A stretch of DNA of 32,000 bases from NCBI RefSeq assembly GCF_042660085.1, contig NZ_JBHSTI010000008.1, positions 2,115,604-2,147,603 on the forward strand, given 5' to 3'. The DNA comes from Longivirga aurantiaca (lineage in GTDB: Bacteria > Actinomycetota > Actinomycetes > S36-B12 > CAIYMF01). Under the pieces are notes generated by a model. It was given only the letters and a program-made list of their open reading frames with translations, was not told the DNA's origin and did not search any database. Positions 1-8,313 of this stretch are shown one piece after another (positions within the stretch are counted from its first letter, which is position 1; the number at the start of each line of letters is the position of its first letter). A program made the translations under genes and the position numbers.

Positions 1-1
1 C

Positions 2-606
2 GTGATCGGGGTCATCTTCATCGGCGCGCTGTTCGTGAGCTTCGAGCAGTCGCACCGCACCATCCTCGAGGCCGTCGGCGCCCGCGTGGTCGAGGAGGGG
101 CTGTCCGAGCAGCTGTACGAGGCCAACGCACGGCTCGTCCACCGCGCCACCCACGACGACCTCACCGGCCTCGCCAACCGGGCGCTGTTCCGCGACGTCC
201 TCGAGCGCCGCATCCAGGCCGTGCACGTCGGATCCCGTGAGCTTGCGCTGCTCTATCTCGACCTCGACCGGTTCAAGGTCATCAACGACTCGCTCGGCCA
301 CGCCGAGGGCGACGCGCTCCTGCGCGCAGCCTCCGAGCGGCTGCGCAGCGTCGTACGCGGCGACGACTCGCAGTGGTGGCATCGGTCGCCGCGCTCGGCC
401 GGCGCCTGGGGCTGCACGTCACCGCCGAGGGGGTCGAGACCCAGGCGGAGCTCGACGCCGTGGTCGCCGAGGGTGTGAGCACCATCCAGGGCTACCTGTT
501 CTCCCCGCCGGTCAGCGGCGAGGTGCTGCTCGGCTGGCTGCGCGACGGGCCGCCCTGGCTCACCGTCGACCCCGTTGGGACCGCGCTCCGTCGCCGCCAC
601 GACTGA
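2..606 (+). pseudogene. Remnant of a GGDEF-EAL (diguanylate cyclase/phosphodiesterase) gene with an internal, frame-disrupting deletion
   Basis: Frame from position 2 encodes ATHDDLTGLANRALFRDVLERR...LLYLDLDRFKVINDSLGHAEGDALLRAASERLRSVVRGDDS (GGDEF N-terminal half). Another frame from about 373 encodes VVASVAALGRRLGLHVTAEGVETQAELDAVVAEGVSTIQGYLFSPPV (EAL C-terminus). The GGDEF and EAL signature regions between them are absent. Confidence 0.8.
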
Positions 607-618
607 CCCTGGGCAGCG

Positions 619-650
619 CGAAGGCGCCACCCCGGAGGATGGCGCCTTCG
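619..650. terminator. 11-bp perfect stem hairpin between the EAL remnant (+) and the tRNA (-), likely bidirectional terminator
   Basis: CGAAGGCGCCA-ccccggagga-TGGCGCCTTCG, 8 nt beyond the 3' end of the minus-strand tRNA. Confidence 0.7.
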
Positions 651-657
651 TCGTCTG

Positions 658-729
658 CTCCCGCGTCTGGATTCGAACCAGAAACCGCCCGATTAACAGT
701 CGGGAGCTCTGCCGTTGAGCTACGCGGGA
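658..729 (-). tRNA. tRNA-Asn(GTT)
   Basis: Minus strand TCCCGCGTAGCTCAACGGCAGAGCTCCCGACTGTTAATCGGGCGGTTTCTGGTTCGAATCCAGACGCGGGAG: 7-bp acceptor stem TCCCGCG/CGCGGGA, anticodon loop CTGTTAA, T arm TCTGG-TTCGAAT-CCAGA. Confidence 0.95.
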
Positions 730-821
730 TGGTGCACGGCTCGCCCGATCCCTCGGTGGAGCAGCCCGAGGAGGATAGCAAGACCGGAGGGCCCGACCGA
801 AATCGAGTGCAGCCGGGCGGG

Positions 822-1307
822 TCACACGCCGAGCGAGGCCCGCAGCTCGGCCAGGGCGGCGTCCGCCCGGGCGCGGAGCTCGGGGTCGCGGCGGTCGAGG
901 CCGGCGTCGAACACCACCGACCAGCGGAGGTCGGCGGAGCCGGGCACCCGGCGCGCGACGACCCGTGCGCCCTGCGTGCCCGACAGCGTCACGTGGTCCT
1001 GCACGACGATGCTGGCGTTGACCCGCTCGCGCACCACCCCGGCGAGCACGTCGGGAGCCCCGGTGAACGGCACCTGCACCAGCTTCGGTCGACCGCCCGG
1101 CCCGTCCTGCGCCGTGAGGTCGAGGACGCCCTCGGCCCACTGGGCGCGCAGCACGAGGTCCCACGGCACCCGCACCGGGTCGCTGCCCTCGGGCAGGACG
1201 AGCGCCAGCTCGGTGGCGACGACGCTGGAGGCCCCGCTCGGGAGCCACGCCAGCACGCGGTCTCCCCCGGCCCGGGCCTTCACCTCCGGCGGCGTACGGA
1301 ACCTCAC
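822..1307 (-). CDS. Hypothetical protein downstream of dnaG, 161 aa
   Basis: VRFRTPPEVKARAGGDRVLAWLPSGASSVVATELALVLPEG...RASLGV*; GTG start overlaps the dnaG TGA (GTGA overlap at 1304-1307). Confidence 0.75.
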   Translation of the reverse strand: MRFRTPPEVKARAGGDRVLAWLPSGASSVVATELALVLPEGSDPVRVPWDLVLRAQWAEGVLDLTAQDGPGGRPKLVQVPFTGAPDVLAGVVRERVNASIVVQDHVTLSGTQGARVVARRVPGSADLRWSVVFDAGLDRRDPELRARADAALAELRASLGV

Positions 1308-3193
1308 GAGCCGCCTCCGGCGACCTGCTCGCGGAGGCCGCGCCGGTACTGCTCGAGGGCGAGGACGTCGGCGAAGAGCGCCTGGTAGGTGTCGGGCTCG
1401 CTCGCCGGCTCGATCCGCTGCAGGCGGGCCTTGAGGTCGGTGATCCGGCGCGACGCGTCGATCTCGAGCAGGCGGGCCACCACCGACTGCGCGTAGCGCG
1501 TGTCCATCTCGTCGATCGGTGACGGCTCCACCGCGAGCTCGTGCACCACGGCGCGGACTGCGTCGTCGGGGCACGCGGCGAGCACGGCGTCGAGCCAGGC
1601 GCGGTCCTCGAGCCCGGCCGCCGCTCCCCCGGCCGCGACGATCGCACGGTGCACGGCGATGTACGCCGGCGAGCGGAAGCCCTCGGTCTCGAGCGCGTCG
1701 ACCCACGTGCCGGCGAGCTGCGGGGCCTGCAGGGCAACCTTCAGCGCCTCCCGCTCGACCGATGCGACCTTGTCGCGCGGGTCCGGGCGCGGCAGCCTCG
1801 GGGGCCCGGCGGGCGCGTCCGGGGCCGTCGGCTGCTCGTACGTGCGGCGGCTGGCGGGCGGCTGGGCCTTGCCCGCGGCCTGCACCGCGCGACGCACCTC
1901 GTCGTCCGGGATGGCGAGCCAGCCCGACAGCAGCCGGATGTACTCCGGCCGCAGCGCCTCGTCGCGGATGCGGGCCACCACGGGCGCGGCCGCGCGCAGA
2001 CCGGCCACGCGCCCTTCTGCGCGATCGAGGTCGTGGCCCTTCAGCTCGGTACGGATCGCGAACTCGAACAACGGCACCTTGCGCTCGACGAGCTCGCGCA
2101 CGGCGTCCGGGCCCTGGGCGATGCGCAGGTCGCACGGGTCCATGCCGCTCGGCTCGACGGCGACGAAGGTCTGGGCGGTGAAGCGCTGGTCCTCGGAGAA
2201 GGCCCGCTGCGCGGCCTTCTGGCCCGCGGCGTCGCCGTCGAAGGTGAACACGACCTCGCCGGTGAAGACGCCGTCGTCCATCAGGAGACGGCGCAGCACG
2301 CTGATGTGGTCGGCGCCGAACGACGTGCCGCAGGTGGCGACGGCGGTCTCGACGCCGGACAGGTGCGCGGCCATGACGTCGGTGTAGCCCTCGACGATCA
2401 CGGCCTGCTTGCGCTTGGCGATCTCCTTGCGCGCGAGGTCGATTCCGTAGAGCACCTGGCTCTTCTTGTAGAGCGGGGTCTCCGGGGTGTTGAGGTACTT
2501 CGGTCCCTCGTCGTCGTCGTACAGCTTGCGGGCGCCGAAGCCGACGACGTCGCCGGAGGTGTCGCGGATCGGCCACACCAGGCGGCCGCGGAACCGGTCG
2601 TAGATGCCGCGCTGGCCGCCGCGGGCGACGAGCCCCACCTCGACGAGCTGGTCGTCGGTGAACCCCTTGCTCCGCAGGTGGCCGAGCAGGACGTCCCAGC
2701 CCTTGGGCGCGTAGCCGACGCCGAAGGTCTTCGCGGCCTCGGAGTCGAACCCGCGCTCGGTGAGGAAGCGGCGCCCGGTCTCGGCCTCGGGGCTCGCGAG
2801 CCGCTCGACGAAGAAGGCTGCGGCGGTCTTGTTGGCCTCGACGAGGCGGCTGCGGTTGCCGGCCTGCCGCCCGGGCGCGGCCGAGCCCTCGGTGTAGCGG
2901 AGGGTGACGCCGTACCGCCCGGCGAGCTTCTCGACCGCCTCGGTGAACGAGAGGTGGTCGATCTTGCGGAGGAACCCGATGACGTCGCCGCCCTCGCCGC
3001 ACCCGAAGCAGTACCAGGCGCCCTTGGCGGGGCTGATCGAGAAGGACGGGCTCCGCTCGTCGTGGAACGGGCAGAGGCCCTTGAGGCTGCCCCCGCCGGC
3101 TGACTTCAGGGTGACGTAGTCGCGCACGACCTCGTCGATCCGGGCCTTCTCGCGCACGAGGACGACGTCCTCGTCACGGATACGGCCAGCCAC
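1304..3193 (-). CDS. dnaG: DNA primase DnaG
   Basis: Zinc-finger region CPFHDERSPSFSISPAKGAWYCFGCGEGGDVIGFL, catalytic VIVEGYTDVMA and VVFTFDGDAAGQKAA motifs. Confidence 0.97.
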   Translation of the reverse strand: MAGRIRDEDVVLVREKARIDEVVRDYVTLKSAGGGSLKGLCPFHDERSPSFSISPAKGAWYCFGCGEGGDVIGFLRKIDHLSFTEAVEKLAGRYGVTLRYTEGSAAPGRQAGNRSRLVEANKTAAAFFVERLASPEAETGRRFLTERGFDSEAAKTFGVGYAPKGWDVLLGHLRSKGFTDDQLVEVGLVARGGQRGIYDRFRGRLVWPIRDTSGDVVGFGARKLYDDDEGPKYLNTPETPLYKKSQVLYGIDLARKEIAKRKQAVIVEGYTDVMAAHLSGVETAVATCGTSFGADHISVLRRLLMDDGVFTGEVVFTFDGDAAGQKAAQRAFSEDQRFTAQTFVAVEPSGMDPCDLRIAQGPDAVRELVERKVPLFEFAIRTELKGHDLDRAEGRVAGLRAAAPVVARIRDEALRPEYIRLLSGWLAIPDDEVRRAVQAAGKAQPPASRRTYEQPTAPDAPAGPPRLPRPDPRDKVASVEREALKVALQAPQLAGTWVDALETEGFRSPAYIAVHRAIVAAGGAAAGLEDRAWLDAVLAACPDDAVRAVVHELAVEPSPIDEMDTRYAQSVVARLLEIDASRRITDLKARLQRIEPASEPDTYQALFADVLALEQYRRGLREQVAGGGS

Positions 3194-3332
3194 GTCGTGA
3201 TCCTACGGACCCCGTCCAACTGGGGCGGCCGGCCCTTCCCCAGGTGTTCTCAGGTGGGCTGGGAGCGGAACCCTGCGCGAGGCGGCAGTTTCCCGGCGGC
3301 ACGGCGTAGTCCGGCTGTGGTGGGATCGCCGC

Positions 3333-4526
3333 GTGACCGACTCAGCGCTCCTCGCCCGCCTCCGCGCCGACACCCCGGGGTGCCTCACCCAGGTGCACCT
3401 CAACAACGCGGGTGCCGCGCTCGCTCCGTCCGTGGTGCTGGACGCCGTCAGCGCGCACCTGCACCGCGAGGCGGAGATCGGCGGTTACGAGGCCGCGGCC
3501 GAGGCCGGCGACCGGCTGCAGGCGGTCTACGCCTCGCTCGGCCGGCTGGTGGGCGCTCCGGCGTCGTCCATCGCCCTCACCTCCAGCGCCACCGACTCGT
3601 TCCTGCGTGCGTTCCTCTCGATCCCGTTCGAGGCCGGCGACCGCGTGCTCGTGGCGCAGGCGGAGTACGCCAGCAACGTCATCCCGGTGCTCCAGGCGAC
3701 GCGCCGACTCGGCATCACCGTCGAGGCGGTTCCCGACGGCGCCGACGGAGCGCTCGACCCCGAGGCCCTGCGCGCGATGCTCGACGAGCGCGTGAAGCTG
3801 GTCTCGATCGTGCACGCGCCGAGCCACAACGGCCTGCTCAACCCCGCCGAGGCCGTGGGCCAGGTGCTGCGCGAGAGCGGCAGCGAGGCCTGGTACCTGC
3901 TCGACGCCTGCCAGTCGGTCGGGCAGATGCCGCTCGACCTCGCCGCGATCGGCGCCGACTTCCTGAGCGCCACCGGCCGCAAGTTCCTGCGCGGCCCGCG
4001 CGGCACCGGGTTCCTCGCACTGTCGGACCGCGCGCTGTCGCTCGAGCCGGCGCTCCTCGACCTGCACTCGGCCGAATGGGTCGACGACGACGAGTTCACG
4101 GTGATCGACGGCGGCGGCCGCTACGAGCAGTGGGAGCGCAGCCCTGCCCTGCTCCTCGGCCTCGGTGCCGCCGCCGACTACGCGCTCGGGCTCGGCCTCG
4201 ACACCACCCGGAGCCTGATCATGACCGCGGCCGATCGCATCCGTGCGGGCCTTGCGGAGATCCCGGGTGTCGTCGTGCGCGACCGTGGCAGCGTGCGAAC
4301 CGGCATCGTGGTGTTCACGGTCGAGGGTCGGGCAGCTGCCGACGTGCACCGGGCCGTGAAGGCGTCCGGTGTCAACGTGAGCCTGTCGCCGCCCGACTAC
4401 GCGCTGCGCGACTTCCGCGCGCAGGGCATCGAGGGCCAGGTGCGCGTGAGCCCGCACGTGTACACCGACGACGGCGACATCGAGGCACTTCTCCGCGCGG
4501 TGCGCGGGGCCGTCGTCGCCCCCTGA
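3333..4526 (+). CDS. PLP-dependent class V aminotransferase (cysteine desulfurase-like fold)
   Basis: VHLNNAGAALAP, SSATDSFLRAF, WYLLDACQSVGQMPLDLAAIGADFLSATGRKFLRGPRGTGFL (PLP-lysine region). Confidence 0.88.
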   Translation: MTDSALLARLRADTPGCLTQVHLNNAGAALAPSVVLDAVSAHLHREAEIGGYEAAAEAGDRLQAVYASLGRLVGAPASSIALTSSATDSFLRAFLSIPFEAGDRVLVAQAEYASNVIPVLQATRRLGITVEAVPDGADGALDPEALRAMLDERVKLVSIVHAPSHNGLLNPAEAVGQVLRESGSEAWYLLDACQSVGQMPLDLAAIGADFLSATGRKFLRGPRGTGFLALSDRALSLEPALLDLHSAEWVDDDEFTVIDGGGRYEQWERSPALLLGLGAAADYALGLGLDTTRSLIMTAADRIRAGLAEIPGVVVRDRGSVRTGIVVFTVEGRAAADVHRAVKASGVNVSLSPPDYALRDFRAQGIEGQVRVSPHVYTDDGDIEALLRAVRGAVVAP

Positions 4527-4624
4527 GGGCGGATAGGCAACCCTTACAACCCCGCGTGGCACAACACCTTTCGGGCGATAGTGGCTGCGAGCACCTGGTC
4601 CCGCGCCCCACACTGGGCGAGGGA

Positions 4625-4643
4625 CGGGCCCGAGCCGGGCCCG
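4625..4643 (+). other. Strong GC hairpin in the leader of the ATP-grasp gene
   Basis: CGGGCCCG-AGC-CGGGCCCG, 8-bp perfect stem with 3-nt loop, ending 20 nt upstream of the ATG at 4664. Confidence 0.5.
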
Positions 4644-4663
4644 GGTGACCGGTGGGAGCACCG

Positions 4664-6253
4664 ATGCCCGACCAGGTGCGGATCGACCTGACCGTCGACG
4701 CCGGGGCACGTGCGCTCGACCGGCTGTCGGTGGAGGGCGCCGCGCCCTCGCTGCGCGCGACCGACGACCTCGAGGACTTCGACGACGCCGCCTTCCGCGC
4801 CCTGCAGATGCGCCTGGCGGACATGTGGCCCGGGATGACCCTCCGCACCGTCGAGTCGATGGACCGCGCGATCCTCGTCGTCTCCTCGATCACCGCCGAC
4901 ATCCCGGCCCTCGAGCAGGTGCTCGCGGCGTACGAGGAGCGCTACCTCTTCCTGGTGCTGGCACTGGCCCGCAGCCCCCGTACGCATGTCGTCTACGTGA
5001 CGTCGGTGCCGATGCTGCGCAGGCTGGTGGACTACTACCTCTCCATGCAGCCGGGCGACCACAGCGACCTCTACAAGCGGCTCACCGTCATCAGCATCGG
5101 CGACCACTCGCACCTGCCGCTCACCAACAAGATCCTCGAGCGGCCGCGGGTGATGGCCCGCATGCGGCAGATCGCGCACGAGCACGAGCACGCGCTGCTG
5201 CTGCCGTTCATGACCACGCGCAACGAGGCCGAGCTCGCCCTGGCCCTCGACGTCCCCCTCTACGGCACCCACCCCGCTCTCGTGCACCTCGGCACCAAGA
5301 CGGGCAGCCGGTCGGTGTTCGCCGCAGCGGGCGTGCCCTTCGCACCCGGGGTCGACGGCGTGCGCACGGCGCAGGAGGTCGCCGACGCGATCACCGCGCT
5401 CCGGCACGACCATCCCGGCACGCGCCGGTTCGTGGTCAAGATCGACGACGGTGTGGGCGGCCTCGGCAACGCGCTGGTCGAGCCCGGGCTCCTCTCGCCC
5501 ATCACCGCGGACGACGTCGTACGGCTGCTGCACCCGGAGGACCAGGGCTTCTCCCCTGCCGACTTCCTCGCCTCGCTCGCCGTGACCGGCGGCGTGGTCG
5601 AGGTGTGGCTCGACGGTCTCGAGGTGCAGAGCCCGAGCGTGCAGCTGCGGGCGAGCCCGCTGCGCCAGGTCGAGGTGCTCTCGACGCACGACCAGCTGCT
5701 CGGCGGCCCGAACGGCCAGACCTTCCTCGGCTGCGAGTTCCCTGCTCGCGACGAGTTCATCGGCGTCCTCACCCGGCACGGCCGCGCGATCGGGCGCGAG
5801 CTCGCCCGGCGCGGCGTCGTCGGCCGCTTCGCCGTCGACTTCGTGATGGTGCGCCGCGACGACGGCTGGCACGCCTACGCGATCGAGATCAACCTCCGCA
5901 ACGGCGGCACGACCCATCCCGCGCTCACGCTGCTCGGCCTCACCGACGGCAAGTACGACGAGGACTCGGGCCTCTTCCTCGCGGACGACGGCCCGCGCTA
6001 CTACGTCGCGAGCGACCACGTCGAGCACCCGGAGTACCGCCAGCTCACGCCCGACGATGTCCTCGACCTGATCCGCGACTCGGACATCGCCTGGGACCCG
6101 GTCACGCAGGTCGGCGTCGCGCTGCACATGGTGTCGGCGGTCGCCGTCGCCGGCCGCGTGGGCGCGACCGCCATCGGGCGCACGCGCGAGGAGGCCCGCG
6201 ACCTCTTCGACCGCACCGCCCACATGCTCGACACCGCCGTCGGCCTCGCCTGA
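4664..6253 (+). CDS. preATP-grasp / PGM1-related peptide-ligase-like ATP-grasp protein
   Basis: AYEERYLFLVLALARSPRTHVVYVTS; YGTHPALVHLGTKTGSRSVFAAAGVPFAPG; RRFVVKIDDGVGGLGNALVEPG; FAVDFVMVR...WHAYAIEINLRNGGTTHP. Start chosen after GGTGGGAG; alternative GTG at 4652. Confidence 0.75.
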   Translation: MPDQVRIDLTVDAGARALDRLSVEGAAPSLRATDDLEDFDDAAFRALQMRLADMWPGMTLRTVESMDRAILVVSSITADIPALEQVLAAYEERYLFLVLALARSPRTHVVYVTSVPMLRRLVDYYLSMQPGDHSDLYKRLTVISIGDHSHLPLTNKILERPRVMARMRQIAHEHEHALLLPFMTTRNEAELALALDVPLYGTHPALVHLGTKTGSRSVFAAAGVPFAPGVDGVRTAQEVADAITALRHDHPGTRRFVVKIDDGVGGLGNALVEPGLLSPITADDVVRLLHPEDQGFSPADFLASLAVTGGVVEVWLDGLEVQSPSVQLRASPLRQVEVLSTHDQLLGGPNGQTFLGCEFPARDEFIGVLTRHGRAIGRELARRGVVGRFAVDFVMVRRDDGWHAYAIEINLRNGGTTHPALTLLGLTDGKYDEDSGLFLADDGPRYYVASDHVEHPEYRQLTPDDVLDLIRDSDIAWDPVTQVGVALHMVSAVAVAGRVGATAIGRTREEARDLFDRTAHMLDTAVGLA

Positions 6254-6309
6254 CCCGATGTGGTAGTGGTAAGTCGCGGTATACCGCGACTTACCACTAC
6301 CAAATCGGG
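6254..6309. repeat. 42-bp perfect palindrome extended to a 56-bp near-perfect palindrome between convergent genes; probable bidirectional terminator
   Basis: 6261-6302 TGGTAGTGGTAAGTCGCGGTATACCGCGACTTACCACTACCA is its own reverse complement. It is flanked by CCCGAT-g / a-ATCGGG (one G/A mismatch). Confidence 0.9.
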
Positions 6310-6311
6310 GG

Positions 6312-7574
6312 TTAGGAGCAGAGGTCGGCGTACCAGGCGAGCACGCTGCGGTCGGTGAGACTGGCGACCTGGTCGACCACCACACGCAGCCGCGCTGCGT
6401 CGTCGCCGGCCGCGTCCCAGGCTGCACGGAAGACGGGGTCGAGCACCTCGGGCGCGCGCAGCCGGATCGCGGCGACGAGCTCGTGGATCACCTCGCGCTG
6501 GCGCGAGTACACGTCCTCGGCGCCCTCGCGCTGCATCACCCAGAGGTTCGCGACCGCCTTCAGCACCGCCACCTCGAGCCGCTGCTCGCGCGGCACCTCC
6601 AGGGTCGCGGCGTAGCGGGTGAGGTGTCCGTCGCCCCACTGCGCGCGGGTCGCGCGCTCGGCGGCCGAGGCGAACCGCCCGATCAGCTGCGAGGTCAGGT
6701 TCTTCAGAGTCGCGAGATCGCGCAGCGATCCGTCGTACGCCGAGGGCCAGAACGACAGCGCCGTGAGCCGGTCCAGGGCCGCGCCGAGCTCCGCGACGTC
6801 GGAGTCGGGCGCGTACGCCGCAGCCACGGCGAGCAGCCCCGCGCGGTCGACCGAGCCGCCGATCGCGCGGATGTCGAGATGGCCGGCCACCACGGCGTCC
6901 TCCACGTCGTGCACGCAGTAGGCGACGTCGTCCGCCCAGTCCATCACCTGCGCCTCGAAGCAGGTACGGCCGTCGGGGGCGCCGTGGCGCAGCCAGGTGA
7001 AGACGTCGAGGTCGTCGTCGTACACGCCGAACTTGCGCCTGCCCTCCTCGCGCTGCCACGGGTACTTCGTGGCGGCGTCGAGCGCGGCCCGCGTGAGGTT
7101 GAGGCCCACCGGGAGGCCGGGACGCGGGCCGCCCTCGCTGCCGAACGTCTTGGCCTCGAGCCGGGTGAGGATGCGGAGCGACTGCGCGTTGCCCTCGAAG
7201 CCGCCGACGGCCGACGCCGCCTCGGCGAGCGCGTCCTCGCCGTTGTGGCCGAACGGCGGGTGGCCGAGGTCGTGCGACAGGCACGCGACCTCGACGAGGT
7301 CGGGGTCGCAGCCGAGCGCGAGGCCGAGCTCGCGGCCGACCTGCGCGCACTCGAGCGAGTGCGTGAGCCGCGTGCGCAGGAAGTCGCTCTCCCCGGCCGC
7401 GAGCACCTGGGTCTTGGCCGCCAGGCGACGCAGCGCGGCCGAGTGCAGCACGCGGGCGCGGTCGCGCGCGAACGCCGTACGACCGGCGCGCTTGGGCGGC
7501 TCGACCACCCAGCGGGCCTCGTCGTGGGACGCGTAGCCCTCGGAGAGGCGGTCGTCGTCGGGGTGAGTCATCAC
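6312..7574 (-). CDS. dgt: dGTP triphosphohydrolase-like HD-domain protein (Dgt family)
   Basis: [58 protein letters not shown] (HD motif), [17 protein letters not shown]. Confidence 0.93.
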   Translation of the reverse strand: MMTHPDDDRLSEGYASHDEARWVVEPPKRAGRTAFARDRARVLHSAALRRLAAKTQVLAAGESDFLRTRLTHSLECAQVGRELGLALGCDPDLVEVACLSHDLGHPPFGHNGEDALAEAASAVGGFEGNAQSLRILTRLEAKTFGSEGGPRPGLPVGLNLTRAALDAATKYPWQREEGRRKFGVYDDDLDVFTWLRHGAPDGRTCFEAQVMDWADDVAYCVHDVEDAVVAGHLDIRAIGGSVDRAGLLAVAAAYAPDSDVAELGAALDRLTALSFWPSAYDGSLRDLATLKNLTSQLIGRFASAAERATRAQWGDGHLTRYAATLEVPREQRLEVAVLKAVANLWVMQREGAEDVYSRQREVIHELVAAIRLRAPEVLDPVFRAAWDAAGDDAARLRVVVDQVASLTDRSVLAWYADLCS

Positions 7575-7602
7575 CCGCGACCCTAGCGACCCGCGGGCCG
7601 GC

Positions 7603-8265
7603 TCACAGTCCGACGACCTGCTCGACCGACCAGCGCTCGACCGTCCAGAACCGCAGCAGGCCGGCGGTCTCGCGGGCGATGTAGTCGAGCGTGAGGCTCG
7701 AGCCGGCTCCGCTCTGGGTCGGCGACCCGTGCGCGTCGATGCCGAGCGCCCTGGCCATCGCGAGGCTCCGGGCCTCGTGCGCCGGGTCGGTCACGATGGT
7801 GGCCGAGGTCCAGCCCTTCGCGGCCATCTTCTCCGCGACGGCGGTGAGGCTCGTGAGCGTGTCGCTCCCGGTCGGCACCGGGGTGATCCACGCGCGCGGC
7901 ACACCCGCGTCCACGAGCCAGTCGCGACCGGCCTGCGCCTCGGTCGTGATGTCGCCGGGCTGCTTGCCGCCGACGGTGATGATGCGCGGGGCGACGTCGT
8001 CGGCGTGCAGGGCGGCGGCGTGCTCGAGCCTGGCCTCGAGCACCGGGCTGGGCTTCCCCCAGAACTGTGCAGCACCGAGCACGACGATGGCGTCCGTCGG
8101 GGTCCGGTCGTCGTTGCGGGCCGTCAGGACGACGACCGTGGCTCCGACCAGAGGCAGCAGCACACCGGCCACGAGCACCAGCGCCACGAGGAGGCCGAGG
8201 AAGGCATGCACGGGCGACCGTCGGCGCGCATGCACCACCGGGTCGGCCTGGGTCCGCACCGCCAT
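7603..8265 (-). CDS. YdcF/SanA-like family protein (DUF218) with N-terminal membrane segment
   Basis: [27 protein letters not shown] followed by [29 protein letters not shown]...[29 protein letters not shown]. Confidence 0.88.
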   Translation of the reverse strand: MAVRTQADPVVHARRRSPVHAFLGLLVALVLVAGVLLPLVGATVVVLTARNDDRTPTDAIVVLGAAQFWGKPSPVLEARLEHAAALHADDVAPRIITVGGKQPGDITTEAQAGRDWLVDAGVPRAWITPVPTGSDTLTSLTAVAEKMAAKGWTSATIVTDPAHEARSLAMARALGIDAHGSPTQSGAGSSLTLDYIARETAGLLRFWTVERWSVEQVVGL

Positions 8266-8313
8266 GGGTCCAGTGTCACCGATGACGGCGCACCCGCAGA
8301 ACCGGGCGGCCCG

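Noticed and set aside
253-1737. 494-aa minus-strand ORF spanning the GGDEF remnant, tRNA and dnaG end
   Set aside because: Low-complexity R/A/P/G translation; overlaps the tRNA and better-supported genes. A GC-rich shadow ORF.
1541-3103. 520-aa plus-strand ORF antisense to dnaG
   Set aside because: Composition typical of an opposite-strand shadow frame with no recognisable motif; dnaG explains the sequence.
4544-6427. 627-aa minus-strand ORF opposite the ATP-grasp gene
   Set aside because: Runs through the convergent palindrome and into dgt; the sense-strand ATP-grasp protein has clear motifs, so this is a shadow ORF.
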